From Roseibium sp. (GTDB lineage Bacteria; Pseudomonadota; Alphaproteobacteria; Rhizobiales; Stappiaceae): a DNA stretch of 64,000 nucleotides. The stretch spans positions 2,052,339 to 2,116,338 of the forward strand of contig CBDDLN010000002.1 in the NCBI GenBank assembly GCA_965230705.1, written 5' to 3'. Under the pieces are notes generated by a model. It saw nothing but the letters and a program-made list of their open reading frames with translations. It was not told the DNA's origin and made no database searches. The position numbers were made by a program, and so were the translations under genes. Of the stretch, positions 28,937-38,289 are shown one piece after another; within the stretch, counting starts at the first letter, position 1; the number at the start of each line of letters is the position of its first letter.

Positions 28937-29083
28937 CTTTTTCCTCATCTAAAAGAAGGCAATCAACGCAAGGGTATCGCCGTAAGTTGATGTATCATTT
29001 GGTTGCAATGCAACAAATTGGGGCTTGCGCTCATCCAGCCAGGCTGTAATAGACCCACCAACAGCCAACAGGAGTCAAGCAGC

Positions 29084-29623
29084 ATGCGTATCGATGCGGT
29101 GCCGATCGGAAAGAACCCGCCGGAAGACATCAATGTGATCATCGAAGTCTCTATGGGCGGCGAACCGATCAAATATGAAATGGATAAGGACGCTGGTGCG
29201 ATGTATGTCGACCGCTTCCTGTACACTCCAATGCGCTATCCCGGAAACTACGGTTTCGTTCCCCACACCCTGTGTGGCGATGGCGACCCGATCGACGTAA
29301 TTGTCGTCAATCAGCGCCCGGTTGTGCCCGGCGCGATCATGAATTGCCGCCCGATCGGCGTCCTGATCATGGAAGACGAGTCCGGTCAGGATGAGAAGAT
29401 CATCGCCGTTCCGACCCACAAGCTCACCAAGCGCTACGACAAGATCCACTCCGTCGAGGATCTGCCGGAAATCACCATCAGCCAGGTGAAGCACTTCTTT
29501 GAGCACTACAAGGATCTGGAGCCGGGCAAATGGGTGAAGATCAAGTCCGTTGAGTGTGCTGACACAGCGCGGCGCCTGATTGTGGAATCAATCGAGCGCG
29601 CCACCCAGGACGCCGCTGAATAA
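29084..29623 (+). CDS. ppa: Inorganic pyrophosphatase (family I)
   Basis: [33 protein letters not shown]. Confidence 0.97.
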   Translation: MRIDAVPIGKNPPEDINVIIEVSMGGEPIKYEMDKDAGAMYVDRFLYTPMRYPGNYGFVPHTLCGDGDPIDVIVVNQRPVVPGAIMNCRPIGVLIMEDESGQDEKIIAVPTHKLTKRYDKIHSVEDLPEITISQVKHFFEHYKDLEPGKWVKIKSVECADTARRLIVESIERATQDAAE

Positions 29624-29670
29624 GGCAGTTTGTACTGTCCGAAATTTTTGAGGCTGCGGTGGACCTTTTA

Positions 29671-30102
29671 TCAGTCCGCCGCAGCCTCAATGCGTTCCAT
29701 GTCCTCGTCAGACAAGCCAAAGTGATGGCCGATTTCGTGAATGAGCACATGTGACACCACGGCGCCGAGGCTTTCGCCATTCACCGCCCAGTAATCCAGG
29801 ATCGGCCGCCGGTAGAGCCAGATACGATTTGGAAGCTGTCCGGTATGAAGTTCTGCCGCGCCTTGCGCCAGGCCATTGCCTTCAAACAGGCCGAGCAGCT
29901 CGTGCGGGTCCTCGATACCAAGCGCATTCAGCACTTCGTCTTCGGCATATTCGGCAAGGCAAATCTGGATGCTGCCGCATTGAGCCGCAATTTCATCCGG
30001 CAGGCGTGCAAACGTCTCGCTGGCAAGAGCCTCGAAGACATCCGGGTCTGGCGCGCATAAATGCGCCCATTCACTTCTCCGTCCCGGAAGTCTCGATCCC
30101 AC
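29671..30102 (-). CDS. Minimal zincin metallopeptidase (Zincin_1/DUF1025)
   Basis: LLGLFEG, PNRIWLYRRPI, LIHEIGHHFGLSD; start uncertain. Confidence 0.88.
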   Translation of the reverse strand: MGSRLPGRRSEWAHLCAPDPDVFEALASETFARLPDEIAAQCGSIQICLAEYAEDEVLNALGIEDPHELLGLFEGNGLAQGAAELHTGQLPNRIWLYRRPILDYWAVNGESLGAVVSHVLIHEIGHHFGLSDEDMERIEAAAD

Positions 30103-30132
30103 AATGTTTCCCTGTGATAATTCGGCGTCACC

Positions 30133-30387
30133 TTAAAGATAGGTAACGAAGAGATAAATCAGCAGTCCAACCGCGAAAATAACGCCCGCGATCCTGCCAA
30201 TGCGCGTACCCCAAACCTCGACCTGGTCATTGCTGTCGGCATCAGCCGCGCCAAGATGGTCTTGAGCCCGTTTTGCCATGCGGGCAAGGGTCGATCCGGC
30301 AATCGTCTCGCTTTCGGCCGAAACACGGTCGATCGCACGATGGGCATCGTCCCGCCTATCCTGGTCTCGTTTATGCCGGCTGGTCAC
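30133..30387 (-). CDS. Small single-pass membrane protein of unknown function
   Basis: GTG after AGGAG; HLGAADADSNDQVEVWGTRIGR followed by one TM helix. Confidence 0.7.
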   Translation of the reverse strand: MTSRHKRDQDRRDDAHRAIDRVSAESETIAGSTLARMAKRAQDHLGAADADSNDQVEVWGTRIGRIAGVIFAVGLLIYLFVTYL

Positions 30388-30901
30388 CTGACTGCTCCTT
30401 GCGGCTTCCAAGTGTCAAGAGTGCCCCGGCAAGCCCGAGGAAGGCAAGACCGGCTGACGCAACCGCATTCCAGCCGGCGAACGACAGGCCAAGCATACGC
30501 CAGGTCGCTTCCGTACAACTGACGACACGGGTGTTTTGCAGCGCGCTCAACATGTTGGCCGCAGATGTTGGCCCAGAGTTACCGCCGCCGCAATCATTGG
30601 GTCCGGCCCAGAAATCCCACTCCGCACCAGCCTGATAGGCACCAAGGCCGGCGCCATAGGCAAACACCACGGCTACGGCAAGCAGAGTAAGGGCCGCCAG
30701 GCCGTCCTTTTGCCGGGTCAGAAAGAACATCGCGATGGCTGCGAGCGGCAAGCCGACGTAAAAGGGGACGCGCTGTACCAGGCAGAGCTTGCAGGGTACG
30801 TATCCGCCGATCAGCTGGTATCCCCAGGCTGTCGTAATAACGACGAGGCCTCCGGCCAAAATCAGCCAAACGGCAGTGCGGGCCAATAGCGGCTTGTTCA
30901 T
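30371..30901 (-). CDS. dsbB: Disulfide bond formation protein B family
   Basis: PCKLCLVQR, second Cys pair NDC...VSC, GLSFAGWN. Confidence 0.88.
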   Translation of the reverse strand: MNKPLLARTAVWLILAGGLVVITTAWGYQLIGGYVPCKLCLVQRVPFYVGLPLAAIAMFFLTRQKDGLAALTLLAVAVVFAYGAGLGAYQAGAEWDFWAGPNDCGGGNSGPTSAANMLSALQNTRVVSCTEATWRMLGLSFAGWNAVASAGLAFLGLAGALLTLGSRKEQSGDQPA

Positions 30902-30931
30902 CTTTGAAACCATCTCCAGTAAATCCGTGAC

Positions 30932-31510
30932 CTAGAGAAACTTGATCGCGGCAAATCCACCAACAAGCAAAACGACAAAAATGGTGAACATGAGGCCGAG
31001 CCGCTTTTCGATAAAATCGCGGATCGGCGGGCCGAACAGGTACAGCAAACCTGCGACGATGAAAAACCGCAGACCGCGGGAGATGATGCTTGCGAGGATA
31101 AAGACCGGCAGGCTGAGCCCCGCCGCACCTGAAGCGATCGTGATCACCTTGTAGGGGAACGGCGTCAAACCGGCGATGAAGACGAACCACCAGCCCCATT
31201 CATTGAAAATCGAACGGAATTCGTCGACGTAGTGCATCTTGCCGTAGAAGGCGAGGATGGGCTGGGCAACCTGTTCAAACAGGAACATCCCGATCAGATA
31301 GCCGAGAATCCCGCCAACAACGGAGGTCGCAGTGCATAGAATGGCATACCACCAGGCTTTTTCCCGCTTGGCGATTACCATGGGGATCAGCAGCAGGTCT
31401 GGCGGTATCGGAAAGAACGAGCTTTCAACGAAGGATACCGTCCCCAACGCGGCAGGCGCGCGCGGTCCGGAAGCGAGGGACAAGGTCCAGTCATAAAGGC
31501 GTCTCAACAT
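30932..31510 (-). CDS. YqaA/DedA (VTT) family membrane protein
   Basis: ESSFFPIPPD, AGLTPFPYKV, SRGLRF. Confidence 0.92.
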   Translation of the reverse strand: MLRRLYDWTLSLASGPRAPAALGTVSFVESSFFPIPPDLLLIPMVIAKREKAWWYAILCTATSVVGGILGYLIGMFLFEQVAQPILAFYGKMHYVDEFRSIFNEWGWWFVFIAGLTPFPYKVITIASGAAGLSLPVFILASIISRGLRFFIVAGLLYLFGPPIRDFIEKRLGLMFTIFVVLLVGGFAAIKFL

Positions 31511-31671
31511 GACCGCCTCAATACCCGCTGGCGCAGCGCTTGTCACTGCGCAGCTTTACGCAAAGTCCGCGGGCAGCGATCAATTCTTACGCGTAGGGAA
31601 GTTCGGTGTGTTTTTGAGGCGCGGAAATTGACCGCCCGGCCGCATTGGAGATCGCAAATGGGTCTTTGGAA

Positions 31672-31756
31672 TGGTGCCCCCCGCCGGAATCGAACCGGCA
31701 CTCCCGAAGGAACGGGATTTTGAATCCCGCGCGTCTACCAGTTCCGCCAGAGGGGC
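31672..31756 (-). tRNA. tRNA-Leu(CAA)
   Basis: 85 nt GCCCCTC...GGGGGGCACCA; anticodon arm CGGGA-TTCAAAA-TCCCG, long variable arm, T-loop GGTTCGATTCC, encoded CCA. Confidence 0.97.
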
Positions 31757-32037
31757 AACTGACACCGAGCTGCGTCTCTATCACGCTCTGGCGTTTTTAA
31801 GCAAGACGGTGGATGCCGGTTCGCACCAAGATTTTTTCAGGGCTGGAAAGGGGCCTCCAAAACCAGCAGGTGCGCGCACCTGCCAGCGTTCATCATTCGT
31901 TTACGGTGATGCCGGAATCCCGTTCGGAATGGCCCGTTGCTTTGCGAAGATTGTTGAAGCTTAAGCCAATGGTCAACCATTGACCGGTAACGCTTTGGCT
32001 GAACAGCAACGCTTCCAGCGTGGGGGAAGTTACAGTC

Positions 32038-32568
32038 ATGAAAACACTTTCTACGTCGAACCGGGCTTCAGCACTTTATGAAAAGCTCGGCTTTGCCGAT
32101 TTGCCGGAAACGGCGGTTGCTTCCGAGACGGGAGGGGCTTTGGGATCTGGTTGGCTCGACCCTGAAAAACTGGAATCTTCTCCGATCCGCAAGGAGTGGA
32201 TTTTGGAAGGCGAACCAGAGGCCCGGTGCTTAAATCTGTCCGGGACGACGCGGGGTTGGGCCTCTACCAGCCACTGGTCCTGTACGGCTGGAAAGTTTGA
32301 ATGGCACTTCGGCTGCGACGAAACCGTTCTTTTTGTCGAGGGCGAAGCCTTTATTACCGATGAAGCAGGTGTCAGCTATCACGCCAAACCCGGTGTCAGC
32401 CTGTTCTTTCCAAAGGGCTCGTCGTCTGTCTGGGAGGTTCCGGTCTATATCCGCAAGATGGCGTTTTGTTACCGGCCAATCCCTCTTCCGTTTCATTTTG
32501 CCATGCGTGTCGCCGACAAATTTTGCCGTGTCCTTGGAATTGACAAGGACCCGTCCGGCGGCCTTTGA
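32038..32568 (+). CDS. Cupin_3 (DUF861/EutQ-like) protein
   Basis: WILEGEPEAR, WSCTAGKFEW, DETVLFVEG, FFPKG...WEV. Confidence 0.85.
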   Translation: MKTLSTSNRASALYEKLGFADLPETAVASETGGALGSGWLDPEKLESSPIRKEWILEGEPEARCLNLSGTTRGWASTSHWSCTAGKFEWHFGCDETVLFVEGEAFITDEAGVSYHAKPGVSLFFPKGSSSVWEVPVYIRKMAFCYRPIPLPFHFAMRVADKFCRVLGIDKDPSGGL

Positions 32569-32652
32569 TGCAGCTCGTGAGTTCGATCAGGAAAAGGCGC
32601 GACATATGCGCTTGTTCCAGGCAGGCGTGCAACGCACGGGTATGACGGCACC

Positions 32653-34215
32653 ATGAGCAAATCATCCAGGGAAATCGAGCTCAAGCTCGAGGTGTCGCCT
32701 CAGACACAAGACCTCATCAAAAAGATAACCGCGCCGGACGGGTTCACCGGCAGCCGGGCAGTAAACAAAACCCTGCAGTCGATTTATTTTGACACGGTTG
32801 ATCAGGCACTGCGCAAGGCAAAGATATCCTTGCGCGTCAGGAAAGTCGGCGGCAGCTGGATCCAGACCGCCAAGATCGGCACCGGGGTTGTGGCAGGGTT
32901 TTCAAATCCGGTTGAAGCTGAACATCCCGTCAAGGGACGGGCTATCGACTTCAGCGTGATTGATGATCCGGCTGTGGTGAAAGTCCTGACGGAAACCATC
33001 GATGATGCCCCTCTGTTCGAGTGTTTTGAAACCATCATCAAACGAACAACCCGTATTTTGACGTCCAAGGCGGATGGCAGCGAAATCGAGGCTGCCTTCG
33101 ACACCGGCGAAGTAAAGGCCGGGCGCGCGACCCAAGCCCTGTCGGAAGTTGAACTTGAGCTTAAAAGCGGATCCAGCAGCGCACTGTTCGACGCCGCACG
33201 CGGATTGATCGGCGATGCACCTTTCCGCTTTTCACCCTACAGCAAGGCTGAAAGGGGATACCGTCTTGCCGACGGAAAATCCGACGCCCGGATAGCGCCT
33301 AAACTTGCCGATACAATCAGCCTTCATACAGAGGAAAGCGTCGAGCTTGCTTTCAGAAACGTACTGCGTTCCTGCCTCGCCCAGATCACACACAACCGCC
33401 AGGCCATCCAGCACAGTGATGACCCGGAAGGACCGCATCAGTTCAGGGTTGGCTTGAGACGCCTGCGCAGTGCTTTCCGCCTGTTCAAGCCGGTGCTGAA
33501 CCCGCATACGCTGGCCCCTCTGGATGCCGCCGCGCGTGAACTTGCCGGAGAAGCTGGCGAGCTTCGGGATCTGGACGTTCTGACAGATGAGATCGTGGCC
33601 CCACTGACTGAATTTGCGCCAGAAGGTGTCGCACTTGACCCGCTGATCGGCCACCTGGGACAACTGCGGAAAGACCGGCGCTCCATAGTGAAGTCGCATT
33701 TGTCCCAACCGGATATAAACCGGTTCCTGTTCGACCTTGCCTCCTATGCGGAGGGCCGCCAGTGGCTCGATCCGGACAATTTCGATCAGACCATGCAACT
33801 GGCGCAGCCAGTCCAGACCTACTCACGCACAGCTTTGAAAAAACAATGGAAAAAGGTCTACAAATACGGTGCGCGGATCGATGAACTCACGATCCCCGAG
33901 CGCCACGAAATGCGCAAGGCCTTGAAGAAGCTGCGCTACGGCATCGAATTCTTCGGAAGCCTCTACCCCGCTTCGGATTTGAAGCCGTTCCTGAAACGGA
34001 TGAAGAAGCTGCAGGATATTTTTGGCTACCTGAATGATGTCGCCATGGCTGAGAAATTGGCCGCGTTGCCGGTTTCCGCGGGAAAGAACGCGCAACCGAT
34101 CTCCATCGCCATTGGCTTTGTGATTGGCTGGCACGAGGCGCAATCGCGCACCAAGTGGCCGCACGCCAAAGGTTATTGGCAAGACACTAGAAAAATGCCG
34201 AAGTTCTGGCTTTAG
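32653..34215 (+). CDS. CYTH-CHAD protein (inorganic triphosphatase YgiF-like, with polyphosphate-binding CHAD domain)
   Basis: EIELK, LRVRK, EVELELK, SKAERGY; CHAD HQFRVGLRRLRS, RHEMRKALKKLRY, LQDIFGYLND. Confidence 0.92.
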   Translation: MSKSSREIELKLEVSPQTQDLIKKITAPDGFTGSRAVNKTLQSIYFDTVDQALRKAKISLRVRKVGGSWIQTAKIGTGVVAGFSNPVEAEHPVKGRAIDFSVIDDPAVVKVLTETIDDAPLFECFETIIKRTTRILTSKADGSEIEAAFDTGEVKAGRATQALSEVELELKSGSSSALFDAARGLIGDAPFRFSPYSKAERGYRLADGKSDARIAPKLADTISLHTEESVELAFRNVLRSCLAQITHNRQAIQHSDDPEGPHQFRVGLRRLRSAFRLFKPVLNPHTLAPLDAAARELAGEAGELRDLDVLTDEIVAPLTEFAPEGVALDPLIGHLGQLRKDRRSIVKSHLSQPDINRFLFDLASYAEGRQWLDPDNFDQTMQLAQPVQTYSRTALKKQWKKVYKYGARIDELTIPERHEMRKALKKLRYGIEFFGSLYPASDLKPFLKRMKKLQDIFGYLNDVAMAEKLAALPVSAGKNAQPISIAIGFVIGWHEAQSRTKWPHAKGYWQDTRKMPKFWL

Positions 34216-34245
34216 GCTGCAGTCAGTAAGAGCTCTGAAGGTGCT

Positions 34246-34980
34246 CTAGCTTTCCACGACGAGCTGGATCCGGTCGGCAGCCATCCGCGTCCGGGTGTAT
34301 TGCAAGGGCCGGTTGTCCTGATCGACATTCAGGCTTTCCACGACCAGGACTGGTTGTCCGGGCGCCATGGCCAGCGTTGGAACATCTTCCCTTTCAACCA
34401 ATTCGGCAGTTACCCGGCTTTCCGTCCGGGTGTAATCCGGGACACCGGCCTTTGCCAGCGCCTTGGTAATTGAACCCGATTCAGCGTAGTCGGCGACAAG
34501 GTTTGGAAAGCGGCTCTGATCGAACCAGCTTGTTCCAACCATCACCGGCACGCCGTCGGCGACCCGCAGGGTTTCAAGCCGCAACAGCAAGGTCCCGACC
34601 GGCACCCCCATCCAGGACGCAAGCAGAGCGTCGGCTTCCTCCGTGCCTGAACCGATCAGCCGCCCGGATGGCGCCTTGTTTTGTCCCGATACGATTTCAG
34701 AGAACCGCGTGCGGGAGGAAATCGGATAGCTGATTGGCGCTGCGGCAACAAATGTGCCCCGCCCCTGATCGGCTCTCAACACACCTTCCGACGTCAGCGC
34801 CGCAATCGCGCGGCGGACTGTGTGCCGATTGACGCCGAACCGGGCAGCAATCTCCGCTTCGGGCGGCAGGCGGGAGCCTTCTTCAAAGGCACCGCTGGCG
34901 ATCTCCGCCTTCAGCCACTCCATGATCTGGCGCCAGATGGCGATGCCGGAGCCCCGGTCAAGTTTCGTCAGTGCTGTCAT
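34246..34980 (-). CDS. phnF: Phosphonate metabolism regulator (GntR/HutC, UTRA domain)
   Basis: IWRQI, LPPEAEIAARFGVNRHTVRRA, QGRGTFV; divergent from phnG. Confidence 0.95.
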   Translation of the reverse strand: MTALTKLDRGSGIAIWRQIMEWLKAEIASGAFEEGSRLPPEAEIAARFGVNRHTVRRAIAALTSEGVLRADQGRGTFVAAAPISYPISSRTRFSEIVSGQNKAPSGRLIGSGTEEADALLASWMGVPVGTLLLRLETLRVADGVPVMVGTSWFDQSRFPNLVADYAESGSITKALAKAGVPDYTRTESRVTAELVEREDVPTLAMAPGQPVLVVESLNVDQDNRPLQYTRTRMAADRIQLVVES

Positions 34981-34991
34981 TCATCCGTCAT
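34974..34991 (+). promoter_or_regulatory. Pho box upstream of phnG, overlapping the phnF start codon
   Basis: CTGTCAT-TCAT-CCGTCAT, two heptamers 11 bp apart. Confidence 0.7.
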
Positions 34992-35026
34992 CAAAGATCT
35001 GTAGTGAAAAATCAATCCGAAGATTC

Positions 35027-35042
35027 GTCTATACAAATAGAC
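35027..35042. promoter_or_regulatory. Probable PhnF operator
   Basis: Perfect palindrome GTCTAT-ACAA-ATAGAC in the phnF/phnG gap. Confidence 0.7.
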
Positions 35043-35101
35043 AAATTTTTCGTACCACTCAACTGCAACTTTTCGGCTCCGCCAGACACAAGGCGATATT
35101 C

Positions 35102-35584
35102 ATGACCGGTACACAAATTACCTCCAGCGGCCAGGACCAAGCCTCGACCTTTGATCGCAAGGGTGTGATGGCTGTTCTGGCAGCAGCACCCGCAGATGAT
35201 CTTGCCAGCGCTTACAACCGCCTTGGAAATCCGCCAGCTTTCGATCTCGTCCGCCAGCCGGAAACCGGACTGGTCATGGTTCGCGGCCGCATGGGCGGCA
35301 CCGGAAGCCCATTCAATCTGGGCGAGGTGACGGTCACCCGCTGTGTCATTCGTCTGGAGACCGGCGAAGCGGGCAGTTCCTACAGCCTCGGCCGCCACAA
35401 ACAGAAGGCCCTGCAGGCCGCCGTCATCGACGCTTTATGGCAACGGCCCGACGATCGCGGCCGCATTGAACGCGACATCGTTCAGCCGCTCGCCGTCGCA
35501 CAAATGCAGGCTGACAACGACGTTAAAGCCGAAACGGCAGCCACCAAGGTCGACTTCTTCACCATGGTTCGGGGAGACGACTGA
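35102..35584 (+). CDS. phnG: C-P lyase complex subunit PhnG
   Basis: PETGLVMVRGRMGGTGSPFNLGEVTVTRC, ETAATKVDFFTMVRG. Confidence 0.95.
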   Translation: MTGTQITSSGQDQASTFDRKGVMAVLAAAPADDLASAYNRLGNPPAFDLVRQPETGLVMVRGRMGGTGSPFNLGEVTVTRCVIRLETGEAGSSYSLGRHKQKALQAAVIDALWQRPDDRGRIERDIVQPLAVAQMQADNDVKAETAATKVDFFTMVRGDD

Positions 35585-36225
35585 TGACCGGTCTTAGCCA
35601 ATCCGCAAACGGAAACAATGGCGCGGCCCCGCTCGCAGCCGGATTTTCCGACCCAGTCCACGATGGTCAGGCCTGCTTCCGAGCGATCATGAACGCCATG
35701 GCCCGGCCTGGCAGCCTCCAGGCGTTTGACGCTCAGGCGTTGACCCCTCCAGCACCATTGACCGCGACCGGTGCAGCAATAGCCCTGACGCTGCTCGATT
35801 ATGACACGCCGGTTTGGCTCGACACAGCGCTTTCCCGGTCCGAAGCCGCCAAGACGTTCCTTCGATTTCACACCGGTGCACCGATTGTAAGCGAGCCGGT
35901 GGAAGCCAGCTTTGCCCTCATCTCCAATCCGGCAAAACTGGCGAGCCTCGGATCCTTTCACCAGGGAACGAGCGAGTACCCCGACCGGTCTGCGACCCTG
36001 ATTCTGATGGAACAGGAGTTTTCCGGAAAAGACGCAGTCACGCTGAGCGGCCCCGGCATTGAAACAAGAACCACCTTTTCCACCGGGCCGGTCTCTCCCG
36101 CCTTTTGGGAGCAGGTCAAGGTCAACAACGCTCAGTTCCCGCGCGGTCTCGATCTGATCTTCGCAGGAGAGACTGAAATCGCGGCGCTACCCCGGTCAAC
36201 GACCGTCACGGTTCAGGAGGGCTGA
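35584..36225 (+). CDS. phnH: C-P lyase complex subunit PhnH
   Basis: GFSDPVHDGQACFR, LTLLDYDTPVWL, YPDRSATL, FPRGLD. Confidence 0.95.
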   Translation: MTGLSQSANGNNGAAPLAAGFSDPVHDGQACFRAIMNAMARPGSLQAFDAQALTPPAPLTATGAAIALTLLDYDTPVWLDTALSRSEAAKTFLRFHTGAPIVSEPVEASFALISNPAKLASLGSFHQGTSEYPDRSATLILMEQEFSGKDAVTLSGPGIETRTTFSTGPVSPAFWEQVKVNNAQFPRGLDLIFAGETEIAALPRSTTVTVQEG

Positions 36226-36229
36226 ACAC

Positions 36230-37354
36230 ATGTATGTAGCAGTCAAAGGCGGCGAGAAAGCCATCCGGAATGCCCACAAGCTGCTCGCCAAACGGCGGCG
36301 TGGCGACACAAGCGTACCTTCGCTGACACTCAGCCAGATCGCCGAGCAATTGTCGATCGCCGTAGCCCGCGTTATGGGCGAGGGTTCACTTTACGACGAA
36401 CAACTGGCGGCGCTTGCGATCAAACAAGCACGCGGCGATCTGATCGAAGCCGCATTCCTGATGCGCGCCTACCGGACGACCTTGCCGAGGTTCGGTTACA
36501 GCCAGCCGGTGGATACCGGAAAGATGAAGGTCGAGCGCCGTATATCGGCGACCTACAAGGATCTTCCCGGCGGGCAGTTGCTTGGCCCGACCTTCGACTA
36601 CAGCCACCGTTTGCTGGATTTTGCTCTTGCCGCAGAAGACGAAGGCGCGCTGCCTGAAGCCATTAAGCGGGAGCAGGTCAGCGAGGTAATGCCACGGGTA
36701 ACCGATCTTCTGGATGGCGAAGGCCTGATGGAAGCTGACCCTGTTTCCAGCGAAGATGATCCGGTCGGCGACCTGACGCGGGAACCTCTGTCGTTTCCAG
36801 CAGGCCGCGATCTCCGTTTGCAAAACCTGGCGCGGGGCGACGAGGGCTTTTTGCTCAGCCTCGCCTATTCATCACAGCGCGGCTATGGACGGACGCATCC
36901 GTTCACCGGCGAAATCCGGTTTGGCGCAGTCGAAGTCGAGTTTTTTGCCGAAGAACTGGGATTTGCCGTCACGCTCGGCACCATCAAGGTCACCGAATGC
37001 CAGATGGTCAATCAGTTCAAGGGCACTGCCAAGTCCTCTCCGAAATTCACGCGCGGCTATGGGCTTGTCTTTGGTCAGGTGGAGCGGAAGGCCATGGCCA
37101 TGTCGATGGTCGACCGGTCCTTGCGTTGGGAAGAATTAGGTGAGGAACAAACTGCTCCGGTTCAAGACGCTGAATTTGTTCTGTCCCATTCGGACAACAT
37201 TCAGGCCACCGGTTTCGTCGAGCATCTGAAACTTCCCCACTATGTCGACTTCCAGGCGGAACTCGACCTTGTCCGGCGCATGCGGGACGAATGGTTCGAA
37301 AAACGCGCTGCTGAAGAAGCCCAATCCGAGACCCAGAAGGAGGCCGCGGAATGA
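36230..37354 (+). CDS. phnI: C-P lyase complex subunit PhnI
   Basis: MYVAVKGGEKAI, RRISATYKDLPGGQ, GFVEHLKLPHYVDFQ. Confidence 0.97.
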   Translation: MYVAVKGGEKAIRNAHKLLAKRRRGDTSVPSLTLSQIAEQLSIAVARVMGEGSLYDEQLAALAIKQARGDLIEAAFLMRAYRTTLPRFGYSQPVDTGKMKVERRISATYKDLPGGQLLGPTFDYSHRLLDFALAAEDEGALPEAIKREQVSEVMPRVTDLLDGEGLMEADPVSSEDDPVGDLTREPLSFPAGRDLRLQNLARGDEGFLLSLAYSSQRGYGRTHPFTGEIRFGAVEVEFFAEELGFAVTLGTIKVTECQMVNQFKGTAKSSPKFTRGYGLVFGQVERKAMAMSMVDRSLRWEELGEEQTAPVQDAEFVLSHSDNIQATGFVEHLKLPHYVDFQAELDLVRRMRDEWFEKRAAEEAQSETQKEAAE

Positions 37355-38289
37355 GTGCTCCTGCGCCGCTGTCCGAGGGCGAATACAACTTCGCCTATCT
37401 CGACGAACAAACCAAACGCATGATCCGCAGGGCGATCCTCAAGGGGATTGCCATTCCCGGCTACCAGGTGCCTTTCGCGTCCCGTGAAATGCCGATGCCC
37501 TATGGCTGGGGCACCGGCGGCGTCCAGGTGACTGCCGCGATCCTGGGTGCTGACGACTGCCTCAAGGTTATCGACCAGGGATCTGATGACACGACCAATG
37601 CGGTGGCCATCCGCGGCTTTTTTGAAAAGACCGCCGAAGTCAAAACCACATTCGAGACATCCGAAGCCACCATCATCCAGACCCGGCACCGGATTCCGGA
37701 AAAAGACCTGCGTGAAGACCAGATCCTCGTCTTCCAGGTCCCCATCCCGGAGCCCCTGCGCTTTCTCGAGCCACGGGAAACCGAAACGCGGAAGATGCAC
37801 GCACTGGAAGAATACGGCCTCATGCATGTGAAACTCTATGAGGACATCGCAAAGAACGGCCATATCGCGACGACTTATGCCTATCCTGTACTGGTCAACG
37901 ACCGCTATGTGATGGACCCGTCGCCGACGCCGAAATTCGACAATCCGAAGATCGACAAGATGGCCGCCTTGCAACTCTACGGCGCTGGCCGTGAAAAGCG
38001 GATCTATGCCGTACCGCCATTCACGGACGTCAAAAGCCTCGACTTCGACGACTATCCGTTCGAAGTGCAGAAGTTCGACAAGCCTTGCGGTCTCTGTGGC
38101 GCGGAGAACGTCTATCTCGACGAAGTTATCCTGGATGACCGGGGCGGGCGCATGTTCGTCTGTTCGGACAGCAACTATTGCGAAGAACGTCGGGCGCAGG
38201 GCTTTTTCGGCCCCATGGCGGCCGACCCGGCAGCAGCCGCTCTTGCTGGTGGCCGCTCTGAAGATAACACCAAGGAGCCGGGCCAATGA
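37351..38289 (+). CDS. phnJ: Alpha-D-ribose 1-methylphosphonate 5-phosphate C-P lyase (radical SAM)
   Basis: MPMPYGWGTGG, CGLC...C (CX2CX21C). Confidence 0.97.
   Translation: MSAPAPLSEGEYNFAYLDEQTKRMIRRAILKGIAIPGYQVPFASREMPMPYGWGTGGVQVTAAILGADDCLKVIDQGSDDTTNAVAIRGFFEKTAEVKTTFETSEATIIQTRHRIPEKDLREDQILVFQVPIPEPLRFLEPRETETRKMHALEEYGLMHVKLYEDIAKNGHIATTYAYPVLVNDRYVMDPSPTPKFDNPKIDKMAALQLYGAGREKRIYAVPPFTDVKSLDFDDYPFEVQKFDKPCGLCGAENVYLDEVILDDRGGRMFVCSDSNYCEERRAQGFFGPMAADPAAAALAGGRSEDNTKEPGQ

Noticed and set aside
31560-32020. tRNA-Leu as an integration site for an island or prophage
   Set aside because: No integrase and no duplicated tRNA 3' end seen; both flanks are ordinary genes.
34820-35101. 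N-terminal extension of PhnG in the ORF track
   Set aside because: Overlaps phnF and the operator; PhnG similarity starts after ATG 35102.
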